Shown piece by piece: positions 10,228 through 19,811 of a stretch of DNA of 64,000 nt. The position numbers and the translations under genes were made by a program. The notes under the pieces are model-generated. The model was given only the letters and a program-made list of their open reading frames with translations, was not told the origin of the DNA and made no database searches. Source of the stretch: an uncultured Verrucomicrobiae bacterium (GTDB taxonomy: Bacteria; Verrucomicrobiota; Verrucomicrobiia; Chthoniobacterales; UBA10450); assembly GCA_963834385.1 (NCBI GenBank), contig CAWIBO010000005.1, forward strand, positions 672,001-736,000, written 5' to 3'. Numbering within the stretch: position 1 is the first letter of the stretch; each line of letters begins with the position of its first letter.

Positions 10228-11247
10228 GTGAAAAAGAAGCTCAAAGTCCTTGTCATCTTCGAGGGCACCAGTCCCACCACCCTCGACCAGGACTTTTCCG
10301 AGGAGATGAAGACCCCCGACTGGAAAACCGAGGCCGACGTCATGGCCGCGCTCGGCAAACTCGGTCATACCGCCGAGCACCTCGCCATCTTCGACGATGT
10401 CGACCTGATCCGGCAAAAGCTCGAGAGCTTCGCCCCCGATGTTCTTTTCAACATCGTCGAGCAGTTCCGCAACAATCCCGGGTTCGACCAGAACATCGTT
10501 TCCTTCTTTGAGATGCAGGGGCTCCGCTTCACCGGCTGCGGTTCCACCGGCCTCACGCTCTGCAAGCACAAGGGAATCTCGAAAAAGATCCTTCACTACC
10601 ACGGCCTCCACGTCCCCAATTTCGTGGTCATTCCCCGCGGTCAGCGCATCGGAAGACCGCGCGCCTTGAAGTTTCCCGTCGTGGTCAAGCCGGTCAAGGA
10701 AGAGGCTTCCTATGGCATCTCCCGCGCCTCCTTCGCCGAGAACGATGAGCAGTTCCGCGAGCGCGTTGCCTTTCTCCACGAGAAATACAGCGGCGACGTC
10801 ATTGCCGAGGAATACATCGAGGGACGCGAGCTTTACGTCAGCATCATGGGCGACGTTAAACTGACCGTCTTTCCCATCCGCGAAATGATCTTCCGCCATG
10901 TCCCGGCAGATGAACCGCGCATGGCCACCTACAAAGCCAAGTGGGACGATGAATATCGCCGGCGCTGGGGCCTCGAGAACCAGTTCGCGGATGACCTGGA
11001 CCCGGCTGTCGTCGCCGAGATCGAGCGCACCTGCAAGCGCATCTACCGACTCCTCACCATCTGCGGCTATGCCCGCGTCGATCTTCGGCTTACCGCCACG
11101 AACAAAATCTATTTCATCGAAGCCAACCCGAATCCCCATCTCGCCGAGGACGAGGATTTCGCCCTTTCCGCCGGAAAGGCCGGCCTCTCCTACCCGCAGT
11201 TGATCGACCGGATTGTCCGCCAGGGCCTGCGGACCGTGCGCGACTGA
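10228..11247 (+). CDS. D-alanine--D-alanine ligase-like ATP-grasp protein
   Basis: FPVVVKP, EEYIEGRE, YARVDLR and EANPNP motifs; lacks the N-terminal GGxSxE of canonical Ddl. Confidence 0.85.
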   Translation: MKKKLKVLVIFEGTSPTTLDQDFSEEMKTPDWKTEADVMAALGKLGHTAEHLAIFDDVDLIRQKLESFAPDVLFNIVEQFRNNPGFDQNIVSFFEMQGLRFTGCGSTGLTLCKHKGISKKILHYHGLHVPNFVVIPRGQRIGRPRALKFPVVVKPVKEEASYGISRASFAENDEQFRERVAFLHEKYSGDVIAEEYIEGRELYVSIMGDVKLTVFPIREMIFRHVPADEPRMATYKAKWDDEYRRRWGLENQFADDLDPAVVAEIERTCKRIYRLLTICGYARVDLRLTATNKIYFIEANPNPHLAEDEDFALSAGKAGLSYPQLIDRIVRQGLRTVRD

Positions 11248-11264
11248 CGCGGCACGCTTCCCTT

Positions 11265-11963
11265 CTACTTCTCGTAACGGCTCATGAGCTTGAGAAAACG
11301 AATGGTGTCGCGCACCGGCCGAATCTTGCTCTTTTCATCGCCGTAAACTGTCGTGATCGGCACCGCCTCGATGCGGAGACCCTGGCGGCTGGCCAGGATC
11401 AGCATTTCCGTTTCGTATTCAAACCGGCCGGAGAGACCGAGAAGCCCGGGAACAAGGTCCCGGTGCAACATGCGAAAGCCGCATTGCGTGTCCGGAATCT
11501 CCTGGCCGCAGACGCGGCTGATCCGGCTGCTCATGTAGCGATTGACCAGTCGGCGCACCAGCGGCATGCGGGCCAGGTCCTCCATGCGCGTGCCGACCAG
11601 GAGGCCGGAGCGCGAGGAAGCCGCCGCCGCGATGAACCGCTCAATCTCCTCCGGGAGATGCTGCCCGTCCCCGTCGAGGATGATGACATACTCGGCCCCT
11701 TCCCCGTGCCAATGCCGCAGGCCGGTCTTGATCGCCTCGCCCTTGCCGCGGTTCTGCTCGTGCACGATGACAAAGGCGCCGGCCGCGCGCGCCGCCTCCG
11801 CCGTGTCATCGGGCGAACCGTCGTCCACCACCGCCACCCGGTCCACCTGGGCCAGAACGCGCCGCACCACCTCGGCAATCCGTTTCCCCTCGCAGTAACA
11901 GGGAATGGCGACGGCGACGGTGCTCCGATCGATACGCGCTGCGCCGGCCGCGGCCGTGCCCAT
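11265..11963 (-). CDS. GT2 glycosyltransferase (polyprenol-phosphate glycosyltransferase-like)
   Basis: VVDDGSPD, NRGKG, DGDGQH and DTQCGFR motifs. Confidence 0.9.
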   Translation of the reverse strand: MGTAAAGAARIDRSTVAVAIPCYCEGKRIAEVVRRVLAQVDRVAVVDDGSPDDTAEAARAAGAFVIVHEQNRGKGEAIKTGLRHWHGEGAEYVIILDGDGQHLPEEIERFIAAAASSRSGLLVGTRMEDLARMPLVRRLVNRYMSSRISRVCGQEIPDTQCGFRMLHRDLVPGLLGLSGRFEYETEMLILASRQGLRIEAVPITTVYGDEKSKIRPVRDTIRFLKLMSRYEK

Positions 11964-12850
11964 CAGCGGACGACCGGGTGAAAATCGGCGGCGTGATACG
12001 AGCTGCGCACCAGCGGCCCGGAGGCCACATGATCGAAGCCCTTGCCGCGCGCGATCTGGCCGTAAACCTCAAACTGCTCCGGGGTGACATATTCAACCAC
12101 GGGCAGATGCTTCGGCGTGGGACGCAGATACTGGCCCAGGGTAAGGACCTGGCACCCGATCTCGCGCAGATCGTCCATTGTCTGGAAGAGTTCCGGCTCC
12201 GTTTCGCCCAGCCCGAGCATGACACCGCTTTTTGTCACCACCTTTGGCGACAACTCCCGGGCTTTGCGCAGGGTGGTGAGCGACGTGCGATATTTCGCCC
12301 GCGAACGCACCACCGGCGTCAGGCGTTCCACGGTTTCCATGTTGTGGTTGAAGATGTCGGGGCCCGCCTCGAGCACGGTCTGGATGCACGGATCCTGCGC
12401 GTGAAAGTCGGGCACCAGGACCTCGACGATGATGGAAGGATCCATCTCCCGGATGGCCGTGATGGTGCGCGCAAAATGGCCGGCACCGCCATCGCGCAGA
12501 TCGTCCCGCGCCACCGCCGTGATCACGACGTGCTTGAGTTTCATCCGGCGAACCGCCTCAGCCACCCGCTGCGGTTCGTCCTCCTCCAGGGCGAAGGGTT
12601 TAGCCGTCGAGACTGCGCAAAAGCCGCAGGCCCGCGTGCAGCGGTCGCCGGCGATCATCATCGTGGCCGTGCCCTGGCTCCAGCATTCCCAACGGTTCGG
12701 GCACTGCGCGCTTTCACAGACGGTGTGCAGCTTCAGGTCCGAGATCAGCGCCTTGGTCGAGAAAAAGACCGGGTTCGAAGGCAGGCGCACCTTGATCCAG
12801 GGCGGCTTCTGCGCCTGGTGCAGCGCCGGGTCTATTTTTGCGCAGGACAT
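11963..12850 (-). CDS. lipA: lipoyl synthase
   Basis: CESAQCPNRWEC, CTRACGFC radical-SAM motif and RSSYHA. Confidence 0.97.
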   Translation of the reverse strand: MSCAKIDPALHQAQKPPWIKVRLPSNPVFFSTKALISDLKLHTVCESAQCPNRWECWSQGTATMMIAGDRCTRACGFCAVSTAKPFALEEDEPQRVAEAVRRMKLKHVVITAVARDDLRDGGAGHFARTITAIREMDPSIIVEVLVPDFHAQDPCIQTVLEAGPDIFNHNMETVERLTPVVRSRAKYRTSLTTLRKARELSPKVVTKSGVMLGLGETEPELFQTMDDLREIGCQVLTLGQYLRPTPKHLPVVEYVTPEQFEVYGQIARGKGFDHVASGPLVRSSYHAADFHPVVR

Positions 12851-12904
12851 GGCGGAGGCAAAGCTAGCGACGCGTCCCGGAAAAGCAATTCGTCACGGCT
12901 CGCT

Positions 12905-13510
12905 TCAGAGGGGGCGCCGCCCCGAAAGCGCCTGGTAGAGAGTGAGTTCATCGGCCGATTCCAGACCCCCTCCGGCCGGCAGCCCATGCGCGATGCGGGA
13001 AAGCCGCACCGGTTTTCCCTTGAAGAGCTCGACCAGGTAGTTCGTCGTCGCCTCGCCCTCCACGTCGGCAGCGAGGGCAAAGATGATTTCGCTGAACGCG
13101 CCCTTCTCGACCCGTTCGCGCAACTGCCGGATGCTCAGATCCTCGGGCCCGACGTGGTCCAACGGCGAAATGCGGCCGCCCAGGGCGTGATAAACGCCGC
13201 GAAAGGCGCTCGTCCGCTCGAGGGGAAGGATATCCGTGGCCTGTTCCACTACGCAAAGAAGATCGGTCGCGCGGGCGGGGTCCTGGCAGATCTCGCAAAC
13301 CTCAGCCGTGGCGAAAAAACCGCAGCGCGCGCATGGCCGGATCGACTGTCGCACCGCGGCGATGGCGGCGGCGATCTGCGCAGGTTGGTCCGCGCGGGAC
13401 TGCACCATCCAGAGCGCGATCCGTTCGGCCGAGCGGGGACCGACCCCGGGCATCTGCCGCAACTGCGCAATCAGGTCGCGTAACGCCGTTGGATATTCCG
13501 TCTTCCTCAA
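12905..13510 (-). CDS. recR: recombination mediator RecR
   Basis: PGVGPRSAER, C4 zinc finger, Toprim domain and DELTL; the TTG start overlaps the upstream stop. Confidence 0.94.
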   Translation of the reverse strand: MRKTEYPTALRDLIAQLRQMPGVGPRSAERIALWMVQSRADQPAQIAAAIAAVRQSIRPCARCGFFATAEVCEICQDPARATDLLCVVEQATDILPLERTSAFRGVYHALGGRISPLDHVGPEDLSIRQLRERVEKGAFSEIIFALAADVEGEATTNYLVELFKGKPVRLSRIAHGLPAGGGLESADELTLYQALSGRRPL

Positions 13511-14776
13511 TGGGAGGCGAGCGTGTCGCCCACGGGCGGCATGTCGGAAAGATTCAGGACGAGCGGTTCCAGGCGCCGGAGATAGAGCTGCAGCGGGCCG
13601 TCATCGGCGCCATCCTCGCCCCACGCCTTCTGAAACTCGGCATAGGCTTCGCCCCATCTCTTTTCGCGGAAGTAGACCACCGCGTTCCAGAAAGCGTCGC
13701 GGCGTGCAATCTCGTCGGGGCCAGCGTCCTTGGCCATCTTCAGGAGCTCATAGACCTCGAAGCGTTCCCGCGTGGCCGAGCCGCTCAGGAAATCGATCGG
13801 GCGAACAAGCAATATCTGCTCGGCAATTTCAAACATCTGCGGGCCGAGCAAAATGCGCGAGTTATAGGCCCGGTTGGCAATGGCAAACCGCCGGGCCAGC
13901 TCCAAAGGCTCGCCCACCGGGACCACCTCGCGGCTTTCTCCGCTCTGGAAACGCGCGGCCAGGATGCTGCCCGAGCTGATGCCAATATGCACATGCGTGT
14001 CGGCAAAGACTTCCGGGGCCGACTGCTGCAGCTCGTTGAAACTCTCGAGCAAACGCAGGGAGGTGCGCGCCGCCGTTTCCGCGTGGTCGGGATCTTCGAC
14101 CGGGAACCCGAAAATGCCGACGACGCCCTCGCCGTCCGCCGACTGGATATAGGCGCCGGCCTCGAGGAAGAGGCTGGTGGCCTGGCGGACAAAGCCGTCC
14201 ACCATCGTCGCGAGCAGGTCCGGCGAGCGATCCTCGGCCAGGACATGCTTGTTGCCGATGTCACACATGACCACCGTGGCCTCGTGCGAAGTCGCGTCGG
14301 AACCGAAGGGAAAATCGCTTTCAATCAGGCGTTGCAACTGCTCCCGGGAGAGATGGTCGCCGAACATTTCCGTGGCGAGACGGCCGCGGGTGCTCCCCAT
14401 GATGATGCGAAAAGCGAAGGCAAAGGCAAAGGCGAGCAGGACGGCCAGAAGCGCCGGGAGCGGCTGAAAAAAGGAACCGTAGAGACCGAAAATAAACGGC
14501 AGCGCCAGGATCTCGAGAAGAAGCACGCCAATCAGGATGGCGACGAGGCCCCGACGACGGCAGGCCAGGGTGAACCAGCTGACTGCCAGCGCCAGCAGGC
14601 CCGCCAGCCCGTAGTGGACCACCGGCCCCGCCATGCTCGTGACGGTGGAGCCGCGCGTCAGCGCTTCGGTCAGGACGAACTCGAGCCGAAAAAGGATACC
14701 CGGCCGCGTGAACCAGGCAGGCGATGGCGGCCGCGACCAGACCGAGAACGATGGGTGCAATATAGGGACGTCTCAT
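13507..14776 (-). pseudogene. membrane-anchored, degenerate class III adenylate/guanylate cyclase-domain protein, frameshifted near 14699-14701
   Basis: ORF from ATG 14776 (MRRPYIAPIVLGLV..HAAG) joins the 13507..14760 frame (ILFRLEF..) if one G is removed; cyclase-like EATVVMCDI, HIGISSG and VGEPLELARR; TPR-like tail. Confidence 0.72.
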
Positions 14777-14786
14777 GAAAACCGAA

Positions 14787-16382
14787 TTACGCCCCGCCGC
14801 TGCCGCCCGTCGCGTCGTAAGAGCGCATGACCATCTCGCTCAGGAACTTGTCGGGACTGTCCACGGCCTGGGAAGTAATGGTGAGACTCTTCTGCCCACT
14901 ATTCTGTTTAATCAAGTTCAAGCCGAACTGATAATCCTTGAAGAGGTGAGCGCAAAGATCGGCCATCTTCATGCGTTCCGCGTGGGCCCGCTCCACCAGC
15001 CGTTGCAGGGCTGACTCGTCAAAATGGAGCTCCAGCCCGTGTTGAACCCGAAAAGCGCCGGCAAATTCCCGCGCCTCTTCCCGCAGCGTTGATTCCTCCT
15101 GCCGGTTGCCCTCGGCCATGAGGCGGTCCAGGACCCGCCGCGGCTCGGCCACCAGCTCGGCGTTGACCCGGAGCTGACTCAGCCCCGAACCCGCCAGGTG
15201 GTACTTGTAGTCGCGGAAAAGTTTCTCGAACACAGTCAGGAGACCGCGCGCGCCGGTTTGTTCCAACGCGGCCTGTTCCGCGATCTGCCGCAGCGCCTCG
15301 TCCTCGAAACTGATTTCGATGCCGTAGGCGCGGAAGGCGCGCTCATATTGCCGCAGAATGCTTCCTTCCGATTCCTTCATGATCCGAAACAGATCGTCCG
15401 CGGTCAGCATCTCGCAGACGACCCGCACGGGCAGGCGCCCGATGAACTCCGGCTCAAATCCATAATCGACGAAGTCGCGGGTGGTCACGTGCCGAAAAAG
15501 CTCGTTATCCATCACCTGCACCCGCTCGGCGCCAAACCCGATCTGGCCCTGGGCCATCCGGCGCGAGACCAGCTCTTTCAGCCGTTCGAAGGCGCCGCTT
15601 ACCACGAACAAAATATTGCGCGTGCTGATGGTTTCGCGCCGCGCCTTTCCCCCTCGCTTCTGGAACTCAAAGGCGGCCTGCAACTGCGCCTGCAAATCGT
15701 TCGCACCACGCAGCGGCACCTCGGTCTCCTCCATCAGCTTCAAGAGCGTCGTCTGCACGCCCCGGCCGCTCACGTCGCGCCCCATCATGTTGCCGGCCGC
15801 GGCCAGCTTGTCGATCTCGTCGATGTAAATGATGCCAAACTGGGCCCGCTGCACGTCGTCGTCCGCTTTCTGCACCAGTTCGCGGACCAAATCCTCCACG
15901 TCGCCCCCGACATAGCCTGTCTCGCTGAACTTGGTTGCGTCCGCTTTCACGAACGGCACCTTGATCAGCTCCGCGATGTGCTTGATCAGGTAGGTTTTTC
16001 CCACCCCCGTCGGCCCCACCAGGATGACGTTCTGTTTCGCGTACTCGGTCTCAAGGGCGCGCGCCGGGTCGGTTTTCTCCAGTTCCCGCACGTACTTCAC
16101 GTGGTTGTAATGGTCGCAAACGGCGATCGAGAGCACCTTTTTGGCTTCGTCCTGCCGGATCACGAAACGGTCGAGATGCGCCTTGATGTCCCGCGGCAGA
16201 AAATCGAACTGAAAAGCCTCCTCCGCGGCCGGTGCGCGCGGCGGTTCGTCTTCCGTGGCTTCCGCCTGCTCCGTCCCGGGGAAGGCGGCCACGGAAACGC
16301 GGTCGCCGAAATTCGATTTCATGAAATCGGCCAGCTTGGATTTAAGCTCTTCGGGCGAGGGAAAAGGGGGATTCTGGTCCAT
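14787..16382 (-). CDS. ClpX-like AAA+ ATPase without N-terminal zinc-binding domain, with C-terminal extension
   Basis: GPTGVGKT, ETGYVGGDVE, IDEIDK, RDVSGRGVQ, IGF loop, PEFIGRLP and TGARGL motifs. Confidence 0.88.
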   Translation of the reverse strand: MDQNPPFPSPEELKSKLADFMKSNFGDRVSVAAFPGTEQAEATEDEPPRAPAAEEAFQFDFLPRDIKAHLDRFVIRQDEAKKVLSIAVCDHYNHVKYVRELEKTDPARALETEYAKQNVILVGPTGVGKTYLIKHIAELIKVPFVKADATKFSETGYVGGDVEDLVRELVQKADDDVQRAQFGIIYIDEIDKLAAAGNMMGRDVSGRGVQTTLLKLMEETEVPLRGANDLQAQLQAAFEFQKRGGKARRETISTRNILFVVSGAFERLKELVSRRMAQGQIGFGAERVQVMDNELFRHVTTRDFVDYGFEPEFIGRLPVRVVCEMLTADDLFRIMKESEGSILRQYERAFRAYGIEISFEDEALRQIAEQAALEQTGARGLLTVFEKLFRDYKYHLAGSGLSQLRVNAELVAEPRRVLDRLMAEGNRQEESTLREEAREFAGAFRVQHGLELHFDESALQRLVERAHAERMKMADLCAHLFKDYQFGLNLIKQNSGQKSLTITSQAVDSPDKFLSEMVMRSYDATGGSGGA

Positions 16383-16473
16383 GAGGTCGGGGGAGACGCC
16401 GCGGGGCGCTCACTACCAACCTAACATCCCCGCCCGATTTGTCATGGCGCGCAGGCGTGCGCGCGCCCCGGGA

Positions 16474-17361
16474 TCAGTGCTTCAGGGCCAGATCAACCCC
16501 GCCACGCGCGAAAAACGCATCCAACTCGGCCAGGACACGCTCCGGGCCGACATACTTGCCGTCCTGGTAACTGTCGGAGAGCACCCGTCCATTGGCGTCC
16601 ACCACCACGAGGCACGGAATCCCCTCCCCGGCGTAGCGGAGCAGGCCGGTCTTCTCCGCGACCTTCGGGAAGGCCACCGCCGGCCAGGGCATTTTCATTT
16701 CCCGCATGTATTTTTCCATCGCCCCTGCCGAACGATCGCCGCTGACGAAGATGACCTCGAAGTCGGGATGCTGTGGCGCGACGCGGTTATAATATTCGAC
16801 CAGTTGCGGGGTGAACCGGCGGCAGGGCCCACACCAGAGGGCGGAGAAATAGAGGGCAAAGATTTTTTTGCGGGCCACGGCGTCATCGAGGACGGAGGTA
16901 AGGGTGCCGTTGGTGCTCCGGACGAGATCACCGCGCAGGTGGCCGACGATCGCTTCCGAACCTGTGCTCGCCCGGGCCAGGGCGGCTGCGCTGGCCCGCT
17001 CCCGGGCCACCGTGTCCTGGTAAAGGGTGTTATGCTTCTGCGCCTCTTCGCGCATCGCCTGTTTGCGCGCGGCCATTGCGGCTTCATCCTGCCCGGGCGC
17101 GACGGCCAGACCCGGCGGGACCTTGTATTTCCCATCACGCAACACTTTGAGGAGCTGCGGGGTGGCTCCGGCATCGGCCACCATCTTTTCCGCGGCGCTG
17201 TCGGCATAACCGACGAAAAAGCGGCGCGCCACTTCCTGTTCCACCGCCCCGCTGGAGTAACCGCTGCGCAGCATCAGGCTGATATCCCGCGGCGTCAGCG
17301 GGGCCAGCGCCGCCTGGACCGCGCCGCACACGACAAGAAGAAGGCAGGCGAAGAAGCGCAT
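16474..17361 (-). CDS. exported thioredoxin-like (nucleoredoxin/tryparedoxin-type) protein
   Basis: Signal peptide MRFFACLLLVVCGAVQA; LYFSALWCGPC, FEVIFVSGD and GIPCLVVVD motifs. Confidence 0.82.
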   Translation of the reverse strand: MRFFACLLLVVCGAVQAALAPLTPRDISLMLRSGYSSGAVEQEVARRFFVGYADSAAEKMVADAGATPQLLKVLRDGKYKVPPGLAVAPGQDEAAMAARKQAMREEAQKHNTLYQDTVARERASAAALARASTGSEAIVGHLRGDLVRSTNGTLTSVLDDAVARKKIFALYFSALWCGPCRRFTPQLVEYYNRVAPQHPDFEVIFVSGDRSAGAMEKYMREMKMPWPAVAFPKVAEKTGLLRYAGEGIPCLVVVDANGRVLSDSYQDGKYVGPERVLAELDAFFARGGVDLALKH

Positions 17362-17403
17362 GCCCCGGAGAGGGAGCAGGTGCCAGGCCACCGTTCCCTC
17401 GGC

Positions 17404-19755
17404 TCAAGGCGCTTTTTCCGTCCCGAAAAGCCGTTTCAGGTCATCGGCTTGGGCCGGATCAGCCGCCGCCGCCTTTTCCGCCAACTGGCGTGCTGCCTCG
17501 GGCTGCCCTGTTTCCGCGGCAAAAACGGCGCTGAGCCACTGGCGCGTGGCTTCATCCGGCGCGGACGATTTGGCATAGGAGAGAGCGATCTCGAGCAGGG
17601 TCGAGGCCGGGAGCTGCGTCCATTCCAGTTCCGTTGAACCGTAGGGCGGCACCGCGAGGATCAGCCGGTCGGCCGTGACCCGGGCCAGGTTCCCGGGGAA
17701 CCGGGCGCCACCGAACCCGGCCAGCGGTCCCGGGAACGGCTGGCGGGCCACGTCGGCCGCCAGCAATTGGCGCCAGCTCCGCAGCCAATCGGCTTTCCGT
17801 AACGCAAACGCCTGCTCTTCCCGCAACGCCGGCACTGTCAGCCGCGGCCCCGCGACCATTTCGCGGGCCCGCTCGAAGTCGTAGACTTTCACCGCGGCGG
17901 CGTAGGCATTCTGCGCCGCCTGCCAGACGGGTTCCTCTGCCTCCCGCAAGGCTGATTCGCGTTTGCGCTCTTCCACCGCGGCCGCTCCTTCCTTCTCCGA
18001 CAGGAGAGCCGTCAGCCGTTGCGCCTGGCCTTCAATCTCCGCGCGGATCACGCTGTTGGTCTGCAGTTTGGCCAGCATCTGCCGGGTCAGCTCCAGTTGG
18101 GCCTGCAACCCCGCGACATCGTCGCCACCCGAGCCGCGGTCCTGCAGCGATTGCCAAAGTTTCAGGTCGTGCAGATAACGCCGGGCCATGGGCCGGTATT
18201 CCGCGATCCAGGAGGGCGCCTGGCCGCCGGCCGAACTTTCGAAGCGTTCCAGAAGCGCGCGCGCATTCCCGAACTCCTTCGCCTCGGCGGCATGCAGACC
18301 GAGCAGGAGCAGCGCAAACGAAGTTTCCTCGCCCGGAACTGCCCCGGCCTGCGTCAGGCTGATCGGCGGAGAAGCATCCAGAAGCTCGGCCGTGCGCAGA
18401 AAAAATTCGGCGCGGGTTTCCTCCGCCCGCTCCAGCGAATAGATCGCCTCCTCCTTCAGGAGCGAGACGGCCACCTGCACGTCGGCCGGGCGCCGGGAAA
18501 GATAACCGAGCAGAGCTTCCTGCAGCCGGATGTAATTGAGGAGGGGCTGCGCCATCGCGGGATCGGCTGCCAGCCGATTGAACTGGTCGCGGGCCTTCTC
18601 CAGTTCTCCCGCGAGGAGGTGCGACCGGGCCTGCTCGTAGACCGCCCGCAACGGCGCGAGCGCTTCCTCTCGCGCTGCCGCCGCCACGCGCTTCTGCTCC
18701 GCCGCCCGGGAGAAGAGGAAGAACCCGATGCCGCCGCCGAGGAGAAGCAGCAGAAGCACGGCCACGCCGATGAGCAGGCGCCGGCGGCGCCGGTGCAGGC
18801 GTTGGGCGGCCTCCATCCGCGCTTCGCCCAGGGCGCGCTGGGCCGCTTTCAGTTCGCCCACCAATTCGTCATAGGTGGAGGGACGTTCTGCCGGATCAGG
18901 GCGCAGGGTGCGATTGATCGCGGCCACGGTTCCGGGCGAGGCTTCCGGCGCCACCAGCCCGAGATCGACCGGATGCTCCTTCAACTCCCTCAGTTTGCCC
19001 GCTGAATTCGTTTCGCCCTCGATCGGGGGGCGCCCGGCCAGCGCATGGTAAAGAGTCGCGCCCAGACTGTAGATATCACTGCGATGATCCTCCGGCTGGT
19101 GGTGCAGCCGCTCCGGCGCGACATAATAGGGTGTGCCCCAGATTTCGTTCTCCCCGCCCGAGCCCGGTTCGGCCAGCCCGGCCAGCCCGAAATCGACCAG
19201 CTTGGGCGTGGTGGCGTCGGCGAAAAGAATGTTGGCCGGCTTGACGTCACGGTGAATCAGTCCCGCCGCGTGCGCGGCCTCGAGTCCCCGCGCCAGCGCA
19301 ATGCCCCACGCCAGCACTTCGTCCTCGGTCAGTTGTTTGCGTTCCTCGATGGCGTCATCAAGGCTCCCGCCTTCCACCAATTCCATCACGATATAAAATT
19401 GGCCGAGGGCCGTGCCGGAAGAGTAGACTCGGACCACATTGGGATGATTGATCGATGCCGTTACCCGGGCCTCCTGCCGGAGCTGTGCCACCTGGTCGCC
19501 GGAGGTCTCGGCTTCCCGGCGCAGGACCTTCAGGGCCACCAGCCGGCCCAGTTGCAGATCGCGCGCCTTGTAGACCGAGCCCATCCCGCCCGCCCCGAGC
19601 GATTCAATCACCTGAAAGTTATCGAAAACCGGCTGCACCCGGAAATCCGCATGGCAGACCGGACACTCCGTCCGGGACAGAGGCTCGATGCCGGAAAGGT
19701 CCACCTCGGCACCACAGGCCGGGCACGGTTGCACAAAGACATCGGTGCCGGACAT
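17404..19755 (-). CDS. membrane-anchored Hanks-type Ser/Thr protein kinase with N-terminal zinc ribbon
   Basis: CPAC..CPVC, GAGGMGSVY, VALK, HRDVKPAN, DFG and GTPYYVAPE motifs; TM helix after a poly-Arg stretch; start at 19755 preferred, 19782 possible. Confidence 0.9.
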   Translation of the reverse strand: MSGTDVFVQPCPACGAEVDLSGIEPLSRTECPVCHADFRVQPVFDNFQVIESLGAGGMGSVYKARDLQLGRLVALKVLRREAETSGDQVAQLRQEARVTASINHPNVVRVYSSGTALGQFYIVMELVEGGSLDDAIEERKQLTEDEVLAWGIALARGLEAAHAAGLIHRDVKPANILFADATTPKLVDFGLAGLAEPGSGGENEIWGTPYYVAPERLHHQPEDHRSDIYSLGATLYHALAGRPPIEGETNSAGKLRELKEHPVDLGLVAPEASPGTVAAINRTLRPDPAERPSTYDELVGELKAAQRALGEARMEAAQRLHRRRRRLLIGVAVLLLLLLGGGIGFFLFSRAAEQKRVAAAAREEALAPLRAVYEQARSHLLAGELEKARDQFNRLAADPAMAQPLLNYIRLQEALLGYLSRRPADVQVAVSLLKEEAIYSLERAEETRAEFFLRTAELLDASPPISLTQAGAVPGEETSFALLLLGLHAAEAKEFGNARALLERFESSAGGQAPSWIAEYRPMARRYLHDLKLWQSLQDRGSGGDDVAGLQAQLELTRQMLAKLQTNSVIRAEIEGQAQRLTALLSEKEGAAAVEERKRESALREAEEPVWQAAQNAYAAAVKVYDFERAREMVAGPRLTVPALREEQAFALRKADWLRSWRQLLAADVARQPFPGPLAGFGGARFPGNLARVTADRLILAVPPYGSTELEWTQLPASTLLEIALSYAKSSAPDEATRQWLSAVFAAETGQPEAARQLAEKAAAADPAQADDLKRLFGTEKAP

Positions 19756-19811
19756 GGCGCGCATCTTATCAGCCGCGGCCATGGCGGCAATCTCCGGTCG
19801 CGGTCCTGCTC

